Shown here one piece after another: positions 26,183 through 35,981 of a stretch of DNA of 64,000 bases. The notes under the pieces were generated by a model, which was given only the letters and a program-made list of their open reading frames with translations, did no database searches and was not told where the DNA came from. Source of the DNA: an uncultured Candidatus Saccharibacteria bacterium (lineage in GTDB: Bacteria > Patescibacteriota > SICC01); NCBI GenBank assembly GCA_964476895.1, contig CAYZCS010000001.1, positions 1,351-65,350 on the forward strand, given 5' to 3'. A program made the position numbers and the translations under genes. Numbering within the stretch: the stretch's first letter is position 1; every line of letters begins with the position of its first letter.

Positions 26183-26848
26183 CTACCCGCGGTGCGGAGT
26201 ACGCGCGCCGGCGACCGTGCAGATCTCGGCGAGGGCGCGGGTCAGCGCCTTGTGCTCCGCCGGCTTGATCCGGGCGTAGAGCTTCTCGACCGTGTCGCCG
26301 TCTTTCACGTCCACCATCGCCCGCTGGAACACCGGCCCCACACCGCCGTCCGGCGTGTGCGCGAAGACGCTCGAACCCGCCCACTTTTGTCCGGCCGCCA
26401 GCACCGCCTGGATCGCGTTCTCGCCAGCCAGGCCCAGGCACGGGTCGGCGAAGTTGCCGTCCGGCAGCTTGAACTTGTGATAGCCCGGGTCGGGGATGAG
26501 TCCCGGATGCACCGAGAGCACCCGCCACGGGAAGTACTTATGGAAGGCTTCGGAGAGGTCGTACGTCCAGCCCGCCAGGACGACCAGGTCCGGGGCATAG
26601 CGCTGGAGCTTGTGGGCCAGGTCCTCCTCGTAGTGCGCGCGGGGCTTCCCGTGCGCGGCGTAGTCCGCGTGGTCCAGCACGACGGTCGGCACGTCCGCCT
26701 CGCGGGCACGCACCAGGCCGTAGGCGCTCTCCTTGTCCGACGCCACCGCCACGACCTGGCCGTCGAACCGCTCGGCCTGGCCGTCCAGCATGGCCTGCAG
26801 GTTGGAGCCGCCGCTTTTGTTCGAGATCAGTACCGCGATGCGTTTCAT
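26183..26848 (-). CDS. purN: Phosphoribosylglycinamide formyltransferase (PurN)-like protein with a divergent active site
   Basis: RIAVLIS..GGSNLQA, AYGLVRA, PDLVVLAGW, SVHPGLIP, DTVEKLYARIKPAEH. Confidence 0.8.
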   Translation of the reverse strand: MKRIAVLISNKSGGSNLQAMLDGQAERFDGQVVAVASDKESAYGLVRAREADVPTVVLDHADYAAHGKPRAHYEEDLAHKLQRYAPDLVVLAGWTYDLSEAFHKYFPWRVLSVHPGLIPDPGYHKFKLPDGNFADPCLGLAGENAIQAVLAAGQKWAGSSVFAHTPDGGVGPVFQRAMVDVKDGDTVEKLYARIKPAEHKALTRALAEICTVAGARTPHRG

Positions 26849-26960
26849 GTGGTGTGGGTTTTCGGCGGATCCATGCGTGGACCTGCCGTTTGCCGTCATG
26901 ATAGCACGCCTGGGCGTGGCTGGCGGTGCCACGCCGAGCGGTCTCTGCTAGGCTCTAGGC

Positions 26961-27266
26961 ATGCCCCAGGGACCTTCGATGCTGATCCAGTACATCGTCC
27001 GGACCGGCGAGGAAGCGGCCGTGAAAACGGCGGTCGAGCGGTTCGTCGCGGCGATCGCCGAGCATGAGCCGGAGACCCGTTACGAGTCGTGGCTCAAGGA
27101 AGACGGGCGCTCGTTCGCGCACCTGATGACGTTTGCCGACGCGGCCGCGCAGGAGCGGCACAAGGGCGCCGACTACACCAAGGAATTTGTCGCCGTGCTG
27201 TACCCGGCGTGCGAGGAAGAGCCGACGTACGAACCGGTGACGTTAGTCGCGTCAGCCCGCGAGTAG
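26961..27266 (+). CDS. Antibiotic-biosynthesis-monooxygenase (ABM)-like dimeric alpha/beta-barrel protein
   Basis: EPETRY...FADAAAQERH...F pattern; 101 aa. Confidence 0.75.
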   Translation: MPQGPSMLIQYIVRTGEEAAVKTAVERFVAAIAEHEPETRYESWLKEDGRSFAHLMTFADAAAQERHKGADYTKEFVAVLYPACEEEPTYEPVTLVASARE

Positions 27267-28421
27267 CTTCCCTGCCTCGGTGATCACGGCGACCTTCGGG
27301 AGCGGCCGCGCGTTGTAGGTAGAGGCCATCGTCTCGCCGTACGCGCCGGCGGTGCGGATCGCGAGAAGGTCGCCGATCCGGGGCGCCGGAAGCGGGCGGT
27401 CCTTCGCGAAGACGTCCCCCGATTCGCAGACGTTCCCCGCCACCGTGACCCTCCGGCGGCGGCCGCGCGGATTGGTCGCATTCTCGATGTGGTGGTACGA
27501 GCCGTACATCGCCGGGCGCAGCAGCTGGTTGAAGCCGGAATCCACGCCCACGAACGTCTTGTGCGGCGTGACCTTGTAGTCGGTCACGGTCACGAGGAGC
27601 GTCCCAGCTTCCGCCACCAGGTAGCGGCCAGGCTCGAATGCCAGCCGTGGTTCGTAGCCCGCTTCTGCCGTGAACGCCGCCATCGTCTTGTCTATCAGTT
27701 TGCCAAGCTCCGAAATGTTCAGCCGCGGCTCGCCGGGCTGGTACGGCACGCCGAATCCCCCGCCGAAGTCGATATAGTCGAGCGTGTCGAACTGCCGCGC
27801 GGTACCGAGCAGCGCCCGCATCGCTTTGGCGAACAGCGGCGGATCCAGTACGTTCGAGCCGATGTGCTGGTGGATGCCGCTGATCTTCCGGCCGTACTTC
27901 GCGGCGATCCGCTTGGCATCCTTCACCTGGCCGGGATCGATCCCGAACTTGCTGTCCGGCCCGCCGGTCATCACGTGTTTGTGGTGTCCGCCGCCGATCC
28001 CCTGGTTGATCCGCACGCCGAGCGGCCGGCGCTTGGGGAGCCGCTTCGCGAGGTATTCGAGCTGGTGGAGCGAATCCGCGTTCACGGTGGCGCCGCCGCG
28101 GATGGCCGCGTCCAGGTCCGCCGGACTCGCGCTGGCACAGGTGAACGCGATCTGCTTCGGCGTGAAGCCGGCCTGCTTCGCCAGCTGCACCTCGCCCGGG
28201 CTGACCGTTTCCACGTCCGCACCGAGCCGCCGGAGGAGCCGGAGCACCCGCGGGTTCGCGTTCGCCTTCATCGCGTAGTGGATCTCAAGCTTCGGGTAAC
28301 GGATCGCACGGGCCAACTCGCGGTACCGATCCGCGATCACGCGCTCGTCGTACACGTAGAGCGGCGTGCCGAACCGCTTCGCCGCCCGCTTCAGTTCGGT
28401 AAGTCCGGTCGCCTCACGCAT
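27252..28421 (-). CDS. lysA: Diaminopimelate decarboxylase
   Basis: FGTPLYVYD, YAMKAN, SKFGI, HQHIGS, DFGGGFG, FEPGRYLVA, VCESGD, GAYG.MASTYN. Confidence 0.95.
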   Translation of the reverse strand: MREATGLTELKRAAKRFGTPLYVYDERVIADRYRELARAIRYPKLEIHYAMKANANPRVLRLLRRLGADVETVSPGEVQLAKQAGFTPKQIAFTCASASPADLDAAIRGGATVNADSLHQLEYLAKRLPKRRPLGVRINQGIGGGHHKHVMTGGPDSKFGIDPGQVKDAKRIAAKYGRKISGIHQHIGSNVLDPPLFAKAMRALLGTARQFDTLDYIDFGGGFGVPYQPGEPRLNISELGKLIDKTMAAFTAEAGYEPRLAFEPGRYLVAEAGTLLVTVTDYKVTPHKTFVGVDSGFNQLLRPAMYGSYHHIENATNPRGRRRRVTVAGNVCESGDVFAKDRPLPAPRIGDLLAIRTAGAYGETMASTYNARPLPKVAVITEAGKLLAG

Positions 28422-28488
28422 GCGTCCATTCTGGCATATTATTAAGCGTCGCCCGCTGTTTACCTTCAAAACAAGAGAAAGGATCCGC

Positions 28489-28674
28489 ATGGAGACGGAG
28501 ATACTAGGTATCGTCACGATGGACGAGCAAGGAAGAGTCACCCTCGACGGCAGGCAGCTGCCGCTTGGCGCCGGCGATGCTTTCACGGCCACTGGAGCAC
28601 CCCGCTTGGTTTACTTTTTGCCTTTATTAAGTAATATATCTAGCTATGCCTTATCCAGAGCTGTCCGCTTATAG
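28489..28674 (+). CDS. Possible small or remnant ORF (METEILGIVTMDEQGRVTLDG...)
   Basis: TATTAT -10 element, boxA-like TTACCTTCAAAA and GAAAGGA RBS. The C-terminal part looks degraded and overlaps the next gene. Confidence 0.35.
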   Translation: METEILGIVTMDEQGRVTLDGRQLPLGAGDAFTATGAPRLVYFLPLLSNISSYALSRAVRL

Positions 28675-29353
28675 CCAAGAAGACCCTCCCGACCGCTTTC
28701 AACATCGACTGGAAGACGATGTACTACGCACTTGCTTCGGCGAGCGTTCCGGTTATTTCCGAACTGAGATAAATCGGTCAATCGATTGCTATGCAATGGA
28801 TTTCTGTGAAAACGCTTCTTTGCTGCGTGAAGCACGGAAGCATCTCGAGGAGACAGGGAGCATCGCGGTCTTGGACGTGGGTTGTGGCACAGGCCAAGCG
28901 CTATGGAGTTTCCGAGAGTATCTTACACGCCGTGACGACTACGAACCGGACGATCGGCTCACCTTGGTGGGCATCAACATAGACGATTTTCGCAACGAAG
29001 CGGAGAGATGGAAACCCCGTAAAGCAATCAAGGAAGGAATCATTGATTACATTGTCGGTGATGCGCGGATCGTGACGCCACGTCAGGAATTCGACATCAT
29101 TTTTTGCTACGAGGTGCTGATCCACATGTCCGATGAGGATGCGGCGGCGGTCCTTCGAAACACAGAACGAGCGCTTAAGCCGGGCGGCACCATGTACTTC
29201 GGATTCCATCTCGAGCAACTTGAAAGTGAAACGATTGCCGAATACCTCAGGGAACTGAGAGGGTCGGGTGAGGTAGCGGAAAATCTCGTAGAGAATGAAT
29301 TCAGCACGACACGTGCGTTCGTGACGTTTAAGAAAGCCGCCTCCGACCATTGA
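28646..29353 (+). CDS. Class I SAM-dependent methyltransferase
   Basis: VLDVGCGTG, GDA, FDIIFCYEVLIH, LKPGG. Confidence 0.88.
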   Translation: MPYPELSAYSQEDPPDRFQHRLEDDVLRTCFGERSGYFRTEINRSIDCYAMDFCENASLLREARKHLEETGSIAVLDVGCGTGQALWSFREYLTRRDDYEPDDRLTLVGINIDDFRNEAERWKPRKAIKEGIIDYIVGDARIVTPRQEFDIIFCYEVLIHMSDEDAAAVLRNTERALKPGGTMYFGFHLEQLESETIAEYLRELRGSGEVAENLVENEFSTTRAFVTFKKAASDH

Positions 29354-29378
29354 CTTTCCCGCCTAACAATCGTACAAT
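29350..29378 (+). promoter_or_regulatory. Sigma-70 promoter of ssrA
   Basis: TTGACT-17-TACAAT, 8 nt upstream of the mature 5' end. Confidence 0.85.
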
Positions 29379-29386
29379 CCGCGCAC

Positions 29387-29820
29387 GGGGATGCACCGGA
29401 TTCGACGGTGGCGTACCTTGACAGGTTGCCGGCCGAGGACGAACGCTCACCTCGCTAATCACGCGTTCAACGGCATTACAACTGCCAACTTCAAAGAGAA
29501 GCTTAGCGGTGTTGTCGCTTCCGCCCGGGAAAGCATTGCTTCCCTGAGCGATGCGTTCGCCCCGCGACAGCTCTCTCCCATCCGGGCGTAATACCCCGGA
29601 TCGTGCCCGCGCGAGCGCCCGGCTCGCACGGTAGCGCGTCATACTCCGGGCTCATCCGGATTCCCTAGTCTCAGGAAATTCGGAGACACGTTTGAGACTG
29701 GGTAGGCTGCGTTTCGTCCGCTTTCGAGCAGCCTGCTGACAGCAAAAAGTGGACTATGCCGGTAGATCGCCTTTCAACGGTCTCCATCGGACGGGGGTTC
29801 GACTCCCCCCATCTCCACCA
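29387..29820 (+). ncRNA. ssrA: tmRNA (434 nt)
   Basis: 5' GGGGATG..GGATTCGAC and 3' GGGGGTTCGACTCCCC-CATCTCC-ACCA, with the G3-U alanyl identity pair. Tag frame 29484-29591. Confidence 0.95.
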
Positions 29821-30064
29821 AGCGGCTCTCTGAGCTCACCGGCAATACGCTTGCCGTAAGAAAAATAGCTTTGGAAAGAGATTGGATCGAGAATCACTAC
29901 TGCTCGCAAGAAACGCGATACTTAGGAGCAGCTAGAAAGGAGTTGCCAGTACCTATGCCGGTTTCATTGAGCAAGAATGGCGGCGACTCACTGTTGCAAC
30001 ATTAAGAGACTGACAAAAAGGCCCTGGCATAAAGCTCGAAGATATTTTCAAAGTCTTGTAGCAT

Positions 30065-32023
30065 CTACACGCTAGTCACCTGCTCAACCAGATCCTCTGC
30101 TGTGGCTTCTTTCGATATTTTCTTTTTTTGAAATTCAAGTTGTTTTAGCACAAAATCTAACCGCAAATTCACTTCTGTAAAAATTTCACTCCAGGTTTTT
30201 ACGTAAATTTCATAGTTGTCGACACTCTGAATAAGTGATTTCTTGCCATGAACTTTGGCACTTTTTTGCTCTCGTTTTATATAACCCGAGGTGTCAAATT
30301 TGTTCCCCACTAGATAAAACTCCCACTTCATATTTGGAGCATTAAATTCACTCTGCTCAAGAATGACCCCCATGTACTTTTTAACCTGATCCAGCTCTTT
30401 GGCTCCGAGCCTAACCGTAGGCTTTTTGAGTTCCACCACGATGTTATGAATCTCATCATTTTCTTTTAGCTGTCGACAAAGAAATATATCCATTTGCTTA
30501 CGCTTGTCTGGATGGTCAATTTTGACGTTCTTCTTTTCGTCTCGTAAAAGATATAAGTACCGACGAAGAGCCTCTTCAAATACTGGCTCTGCCTCTGTGA
30601 CTAGATGGAATCTTTCCCCAAAAATCCAATAAGACGAAGCTACGATTGTTTGAACATGCGGCACTTCTTTAGCTCTAACATTGTCGTCAAAAACAAGTTT
30701 CTTTAGAGCCTGCAAGTCTTTGTTTCGTCTCTCAAGCATTCGAGTCGTCGCGACCATGCGTGACATATTTGTACTTTGCAGAAGCTCAGCCAATTCCCTG
30801 CGCTCGCTTCTATCAAGATCTACTATTTCCTCAATAATTTTTAGTAGATTTTCCGTTTCATTAGTGTCGATTAAGAGATTCAATAAGCCAACAAAGGTCT
30901 TTTTTTGCTCAATGTTGAGTGTAGAAAAAATTTTAGGCTCGAGCTTGTAGAGGTCCTTAACTAAAACCTGAAGATGCTCTTTTCTAATTTGGTCAAATTC
31001 AGACTCAAGCTCCGGAAAGACCTTTTCGCTCTCATACTCTTTTACTAGATTGTCTGCATTGGTTTTTAGGAAAGGCTTTCTCAACTTTCTCAAATACCCC
31101 GAGAGTTCCTTCTGAAGAAACTTAAACTCAGGACTTGAACGATCAACCCCTATCAAAGTAGATTGATTTTTCTTTTCCTTTCCAAAGCCAAAGTTATCAA
31201 AGAACGAGGATTTGATGTAAACACTGTGATAAAAATCATCACCTTTTCTGTTCAAAGTAGTAAATTCTTTCCACTTTTCTTTATCTTTGGAGTCAATGTA
31301 GTAATACTGCGACCACTCCTTATTTAGACTTTCCTTCCATCGAACGTATGAGATATGAAACTTTGTATTGCTCTCTTCGTGAGTGAACTCTGTTTCCTTT
31401 CTGTCTCCAATCAATGCTGTGTAATCCAGCTCTTCTCCATTAATAAGAATCTTGAACGCTTTACTTTTATTTAGCTCTAAAAACCATCCAAACTCTCTTA
31501 CGAGGAAAGGTTGTAACTCTTGCTCGATCTGCGTTCTCGTAAAATCAAATATTGACGAAAGTATTACTTCTGTCCCTGGTTTTTCAGTAGTGATTTTTGG
31601 AGTCGTCGGATTAAAGAGATCGAGTCGTTTTGAATCAGCCTTAATCCGATACTTATGCCTCTTGCCAGCCTTCTTGTACACCGTTTCCCATGAAGCTTCA
31701 TTAGCAAACTTAAAGAAAGTTAGTCTGCCTACACCAGTTCGTCCGTGCAGTTGAGATTGATTGAAAGTTTTTTCGGCAAATTTCTCGGAATCATGAAATC
31801 TCCGAAATTTTTCTTCGAGCTTTGAGTGATCAATTCCATATCCATTGTCACGAATAGTGATAGAAGAAAGGTTGCCTATCGCATTACTATCAAATTCCAG
31901 TTCGACTTTGGTTGCATTGGCATCAAAGCCATTCCAAATGTACTCAGCAAGGGATCGATTTCTATCATAATTATCAAGAACCTGCTTGATACCCACCGAG
32001 GTAATTCGAACGCTTTTGCTCAT
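30065..32023 (-). CDS. GHKL (MORC/HATPase_c_3-type) ATPase with a C-terminal PD-(D/E)xK-like nuclease domain
   Basis: AEYIWNGFDA, RDNGYGI, HGRTGVGR, PGTEV; C-terminus MDIFL...VVELKKP...QVKKY. Markedly AT-rich. Confidence 0.85.
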   Translation of the reverse strand: MSKSVRITSVGIKQVLDNYDRNRSLAEYIWNGFDANATKVELEFDSNAIGNLSSITIRDNGYGIDHSKLEEKFRRFHDSEKFAEKTFNQSQLHGRTGVGRLTFFKFANEASWETVYKKAGKRHKYRIKADSKRLDLFNPTTPKITTEKPGTEVILSSIFDFTRTQIEQELQPFLVREFGWFLELNKSKAFKILINGEELDYTALIGDRKETEFTHEESNTKFHISYVRWKESLNKEWSQYYYIDSKDKEKWKEFTTLNRKGDDFYHSVYIKSSFFDNFGFGKEKKNQSTLIGVDRSSPEFKFLQKELSGYLRKLRKPFLKTNADNLVKEYESEKVFPELESEFDQIRKEHLQVLVKDLYKLEPKIFSTLNIEQKKTFVGLLNLLIDTNETENLLKIIEEIVDLDRSERRELAELLQSTNMSRMVATTRMLERRNKDLQALKKLVFDDNVRAKEVPHVQTIVASSYWIFGERFHLVTEAEPVFEEALRRYLYLLRDEKKNVKIDHPDKRKQMDIFLCRQLKENDEIHNIVVELKKPTVRLGAKELDQVKKYMGVILEQSEFNAPNMKWEFYLVGNKFDTSGYIKREQKSAKVHGKKSLIQSVDNYEIYVKTWSEIFTEVNLRLDFVLKQLEFQKKKISKEATAEDLVEQVTSV

Positions 32024-32060
32024 ACGAGTATCTTACCAGTCAGACTTTTGCGATTTTCTT

Positions 32061-33080
32061 TCATGATTCAAATTTCCCAATCTCGGCATACCAATCAATT
32101 GTATCTACCAAATCTAGATCGCACGGCACAGGATTATCCTCGATAAATTTAGCCTCAAAATACTGGTTCCAGTAAGCTTCGGCTGATCGCCGAGGATGGT
32201 TTGCAAGCCACGAATCAAAGTAGTCGAAGTGAACGTCGTAGTGGTGTGTATGCATGAAGTCGTCCCACGTACCTTGCAACTGGTCAGCATCAGCACCTGG
32301 TCGGGCAATAATCTCGAACTGCTCAAATTCACGTTTTTCTTTTGAGCCCCAGCCCTTTTTTAGCTGCTCCATCGCTGCTACATCCGAATCTGGCGCGCGA
32401 TAACCAAAAACCGTTACCCATGCCGCGGATTTTAGTGCTTCCGTTAGACGCAGCCACTCGCTGGCGATAAACGGATTTTCCTCATAATTCTTCTCGTTGA
32501 CCGGATACAACAAGGGCACAGGACTGAAAGTTTTCTTGCAAACACTACAATTATTCCCAACTGTTCCGGCAATCCGATCTTTCTCGCATATCCCAACCAT
32601 GACATTGCCATGAAGAAACGCTAGCGGCGGCCGCGACAAAGTCCTCCGGCCACTTCTTGCGTAAGCTTGCATTAAAAGCGGATCCCAATTGAAGCTGGCA
32701 ATTAAGTCCTTATCTCGAAGTGACAAAATAAGGTGATCGTAGATTGTCGGATCATCTGGAATCTGGAAGCGCTCGTAATATTCATGAATGGCTTCATCTA
32801 TCTTGTCTGCAATCTCCGCTTTCGACCGATCCAACCGTAGATCTGAATAGGCAGACTCAAAATCCTCAACGTCGCCTAAGCCAGCCTCTTCCAGCAGAGG
32901 AGCAACAGTTTCTATTTTCGATAGACCTTTCATGTCAGTCGGTCGCTTCCCGTTCCTGTCTCCATTAGGCAGAGCAGCAATACTTGCGCCGGCGCCGAGA
33001 ATTACAACATGTGGCTTACCGGCAAAAGGCTTTTCAACCTCTTGCTCTTTAGTAACTTCAGAACCAGATGACGCTGCCAT
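32061..33080 (-). CDS. SIR2-like (SIR2_2-type) domain protein
   Basis: VILGAGASIA, SFNWDPLL, FLHGNV, Cys cluster (GICEKD...CSVC), VFGY. Confidence 0.8.
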   Translation of the reverse strand: MAASSGSEVTKEQEVEKPFAGKPHVVILGAGASIAALPNGDRNGKRPTDMKGLSKIETVAPLLEEAGLGDVEDFESAYSDLRLDRSKAEIADKIDEAIHEYYERFQIPDDPTIYDHLILSLRDKDLIASFNWDPLLMQAYARSGRRTLSRPPLAFLHGNVMVGICEKDRIAGTVGNNCSVCKKTFSPVPLLYPVNEKNYEENPFIASEWLRLTEALKSAAWVTVFGYRAPDSDVAAMEQLKKGWGSKEKREFEQFEIIARPGADADQLQGTWDDFMHTHHYDVHFDYFDSWLANHPRRSAEAYWNQYFEAKFIEDNPVPCDLDLVDTIDWYAEIGKFES

Positions 33081-33124
33081 GCGCTAATCATAACTTTACC
33101 CGCGTCTGATTGCCGACTGCCGGT

Positions 33125-33580
33125 CTAGCTAAAACGATCAAGCCAAAGCTCTAGCACAAGCCGGGTGTTTCCTTGCTTCATTGCATTGACGTAGCTCTGC
33201 AAGTAATCAAGGTTAGATGCGAATAGCTTCATTTCCCCTTCCACCGCTTCAGAATCGTCCGCTGACAATCCCCACTCCCGCTTAAAGACGGCGGCCTCTT
33301 CCTCGGTCGCTTGCCCTTCACGCAAGCGCTTGAGGTGTCTCAATATCGTCAGATTGGCTTCCTGTTGCCCCTTGATCCAGTCGATCACCTGATGTGTCAT
33401 CCTGTTCGGTAATTCCCCCACTGGAGCAAGTCCGGAGAGGTCGTGAACAGGCTCTTCGTCCGTTTCTATCATTTCGACCCAGTTGGTTGGCCTTCTATCA
33501 TCGGCTTCCGCGCCGTCTACCAGCGAGTCGGCAGAATGAATCAGGACTTCATAGTCAGGGATTTGAAACTCTGTTGGCAT
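33125..33580 (-). CDS. Hypothetical acidic protein (151 aa)
   Basis: ORF with TACTAT 8 nt upstream of the start. Confidence 0.65.
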   Translation of the reverse strand: MPTEFQIPDYEVLIHSADSLVDGAEADDRRPTNWVEMIETDEEPVHDLSGLAPVGELPNRMTHQVIDWIKGQQEANLTILRHLKRLREGQATEEEAAVFKREWGLSADDSEAVEGEMKLFASNLDYLQSYVNAMKQGNTRLVLELWLDRFS

Positions 33581-33670
33581 AGCCAGGCATAGTACCAGCC
33601 TTACCCCCTACATAGTAGTAAGCTCGATTACTTCACCGTGGCTACTTCAGCGACTGACCCGAAAAAGGAG

Positions 33671-34198
33671 TTAGCTCTCCGACAACGTGAACTCAACAGC
33701 CGTCTTGCCAGGCCCCCGCTCCCATAAATCGGTCACGACCGCCCCAGCAGCAGACAGCTGTTCGATTACGCGGTCGGGATCGGCAGTGATGACCTCGTGG
33801 GACTCCGTATCTCCGGGGTTTAATACCGCCGTGTCCTCTTCCTGGAGAACGTCCGCCAGCTCGATGCCGAACTGGAGCAAACGTTCGCTTGGCGTCTCGT
33901 GTAGCGTCACTTCCAGAACCGGTTTTCCCCTGTCATAGCCGGTTACCTTGTCCGCGTATCGCTGCCGGAAAGTCACCGGAGGGTGCGAGAATTCCCCGGC
34001 GCGATACAGCTTGGCCGTCACGGTGCCGACAGTGCTAATGGCGTCCGCATAACTTTCTACACGCCACTTGTCACTGCCCCCCAGCGCCTGCGTCAGACGA
34101 TCGGCGACAGGCTTCCTCGCACCTTTCGGGCGCCGCTTTGCCGCTTCTTTTGCTTCATGTTCCGCACGCCAAGCCGCCCTTCGTTCTGCTCGAGTCAT
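33671..34198 (-). CDS. Hypothetical protein (175 aa)
   Basis: Single ORF filling the interval; no family recognised. Confidence 0.6.
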   Translation of the reverse strand: MTRAERRAAWRAEHEAKEAAKRRPKGARKPVADRLTQALGGSDKWRVESYADAISTVGTVTAKLYRAGEFSHPPVTFRQRYADKVTGYDRGKPVLEVTLHETPSERLLQFGIELADVLQEEDTAVLNPGDTESHEVITADPDRVIEQLSAAGAVVTDLWERGPGKTAVEFTLSES

Positions 34199-34293
34199 TG
34201 CAATCCCATTGGTTTAGTAATACGACAAACAAGCTTAGCAAAAAACATTTATCCGTGGGAACCGGCTCACTGTAAGTTATCTCGTCGGTTCCA

Positions 34294-35154
34294 TCACGCC
34301 CCGACGGAAAAATGCTCGAGAATCTCCAGAATGCCGTTTTCGTCTACCGATGCACCGATGTACGAATTGCTTTCACCTTTGGCCCTTACCAGGTCCTTGA
34401 GTTCATTGGTGCCATTCTCCAATGTGGCCACATAGCCGCAGCGCTGCATGAATCCCCAATCGCTCGTACTGTCCCCGACGCCGAGCGCCTGTTCGAAAGA
34501 ACCACCAAGGTCCTTAAGCACCGCCTCGGCTCCGGCCTGTTTCGAACTACCCGGCGTGGTGACGATGCCGTACTGCAGGGGCAAAGCCACGGGATGCACG
34601 CCCCAGCTCAAGGAAACACGGTCGCCATACGTTTCCAGCAGTTTCCGGATGCGACCCTTGTCCGCCTCGTCCTGAGCGATCGGCATGACCTTGGTGACCT
34701 CTTCTTGAGCCGCCCGTTCCGGCAATGAGTCCACTACGACGGGTTCCCGCTGGAGTATCTGCGCATGCTTCGGCGTAATGTGCGAGACTTGGTCAGCCTG
34801 GATGAAGTAATCGTCCACCGTGTAGAACTCGACATACACGTCGTTCTCCAGGCAGGTAGCGAGGGTTTCCTTGACCAGATCCTGCGCCAAGACGTGCTTC
34901 TCGACGACGACGCCATCGATCGGATCGATGATCACGGCGCCCGCATCGGTGACATGCGGATTATCCAGTGCCGCGCCTTCGATGATGTCACCGATCGAGT
35001 AATGCGGCTTGGCAGTGCACAGTGAGATCGATACACCTGCGGCATGCAGCTGCTTCAATCTCTGCAGCACGTCGGGATGGGGCGAAGGGGTGTTGTAACC
35101 GACCTTCTCGCCGACGATCACGCCATCGATATCCAGAATGAGGTATTTAATCAT
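34294..35154 (-). CDS. HAD-IIB (Cof-like) hydrolase
   Basis: LDIDGVI, LCTAK, SK, GVGDSTSD. Confidence 0.88.
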   Translation of the reverse strand: MIKYLILDIDGVIVGEKVGYNTPSPHPDVLQRLKQLHAAGVSISLCTAKPHYSIGDIIEGAALDNPHVTDAGAVIIDPIDGVVVEKHVLAQDLVKETLATCLENDVYVEFYTVDDYFIQADQVSHITPKHAQILQREPVVVDSLPERAAQEEVTKVMPIAQDEADKGRIRKLLETYGDRVSLSWGVHPVALPLQYGIVTTPGSSKQAGAEAVLKDLGGSFEQALGVGDSTSDWGFMQRCGYVATLENGTNELKDLVRAKGESNSYIGASVDENGILEILEHFSVGA

Positions 35155-35163
35155 GTGTCACTA

Positions 35164-35934
35164 CTAGGCGCTGAAAACGCCCTCCTTGAGTTCAATCAAC
35201 TCTTCGCACACCGCCTTGCTACCAGCGATGATATCCAACTGGCGGTAGTCGTAGGTTTCGCTCCCGATGTTCACGACCGTTCCGCCGGCCTCTTCCACCA
35301 GCAGGCATCCGGCCGCGTAATCCCACACCTGGCCGTAGCCGTCCTTCACGATGCGGGCATCGAACTTACCCGACGCTACCATCGCGTGCTCGAAGCCACT
35401 GTTCATGGTATTCACCAATTGGGTCCGATCGCGCAGCGCTTCGTACATCCCGTTCATCGCTTCCGGTTTCCCCTCCAATGCGATCATCGCCCGGCGCAGC
35501 GGCCGGTCGCTGACCTTTATGGCCTCACCATTCATGAACGCGCCCTCTCCACGGACGGCCGAATAGTAGCGATCGTTCACGAAGTCATAGATCGCCCCCA
35601 CCACCGCGTGCCCGTCTTCGACGTATGCCGCCATCACGGTGCAGAAGGGCATGCCGCGGATGAAGTGTTCGGTCCCGTCGATCGGATCAATCAACCAGAG
35701 GCGTTCCTCGCTCCCCTGTTTTCCGAATTCCTCACCATGGACTCCGACCCCTGGAGTAATCTCGAGCAATTCTTTCGCCAGGAATTCTTCGATCTCGTGA
35801 TCGAGCTGTGTGACCGTCGTCTCGTCGTCCTTCACGTCCACGCGCGCCACGGCACCGTAATACGGAAGCAGCTTCTCACCGGCCTTCTTCATGACCGGCT
35901 CGAGCGCCTGGGATATTTCGGTGTGTTCGGGCAT
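35164..35934 (-). CDS. Inositol monophosphatase family protein (SuhB-like)
   Basis: GEE, WLIDPIDGT, WDYAAG.LLVEEAGG. Confidence 0.92.
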   Translation of the reverse strand: MPEHTEISQALEPVMKKAGEKLLPYYGAVARVDVKDDETTVTQLDHEIEEFLAKELLEITPGVGVHGEEFGKQGSEERLWLIDPIDGTEHFIRGMPFCTVMAAYVEDGHAVVGAIYDFVNDRYYSAVRGEGAFMNGEAIKVSDRPLRRAMIALEGKPEAMNGMYEALRDRTQLVNTMNSGFEHAMVASGKFDARIVKDGYGQVWDYAAGCLLVEEAGGTVVNIGSETYDYRQLDIIAGSKAVCEELIELKEGVFSA

Positions 35935-35981
35935 GGAGACTACTTAAGCGTCATCAGCGCGTCCCGCGCCATGTCCCTATC

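Noticed and set aside
26849-26960. Possible ZMP/ZTP riboswitch upstream of purN (CGCCTGGGC present)
   Set aside because: The motif is on the wrong strand for purN, and the GACUGGCG/P1 part is absent; only a simple leader hairpin is seen.
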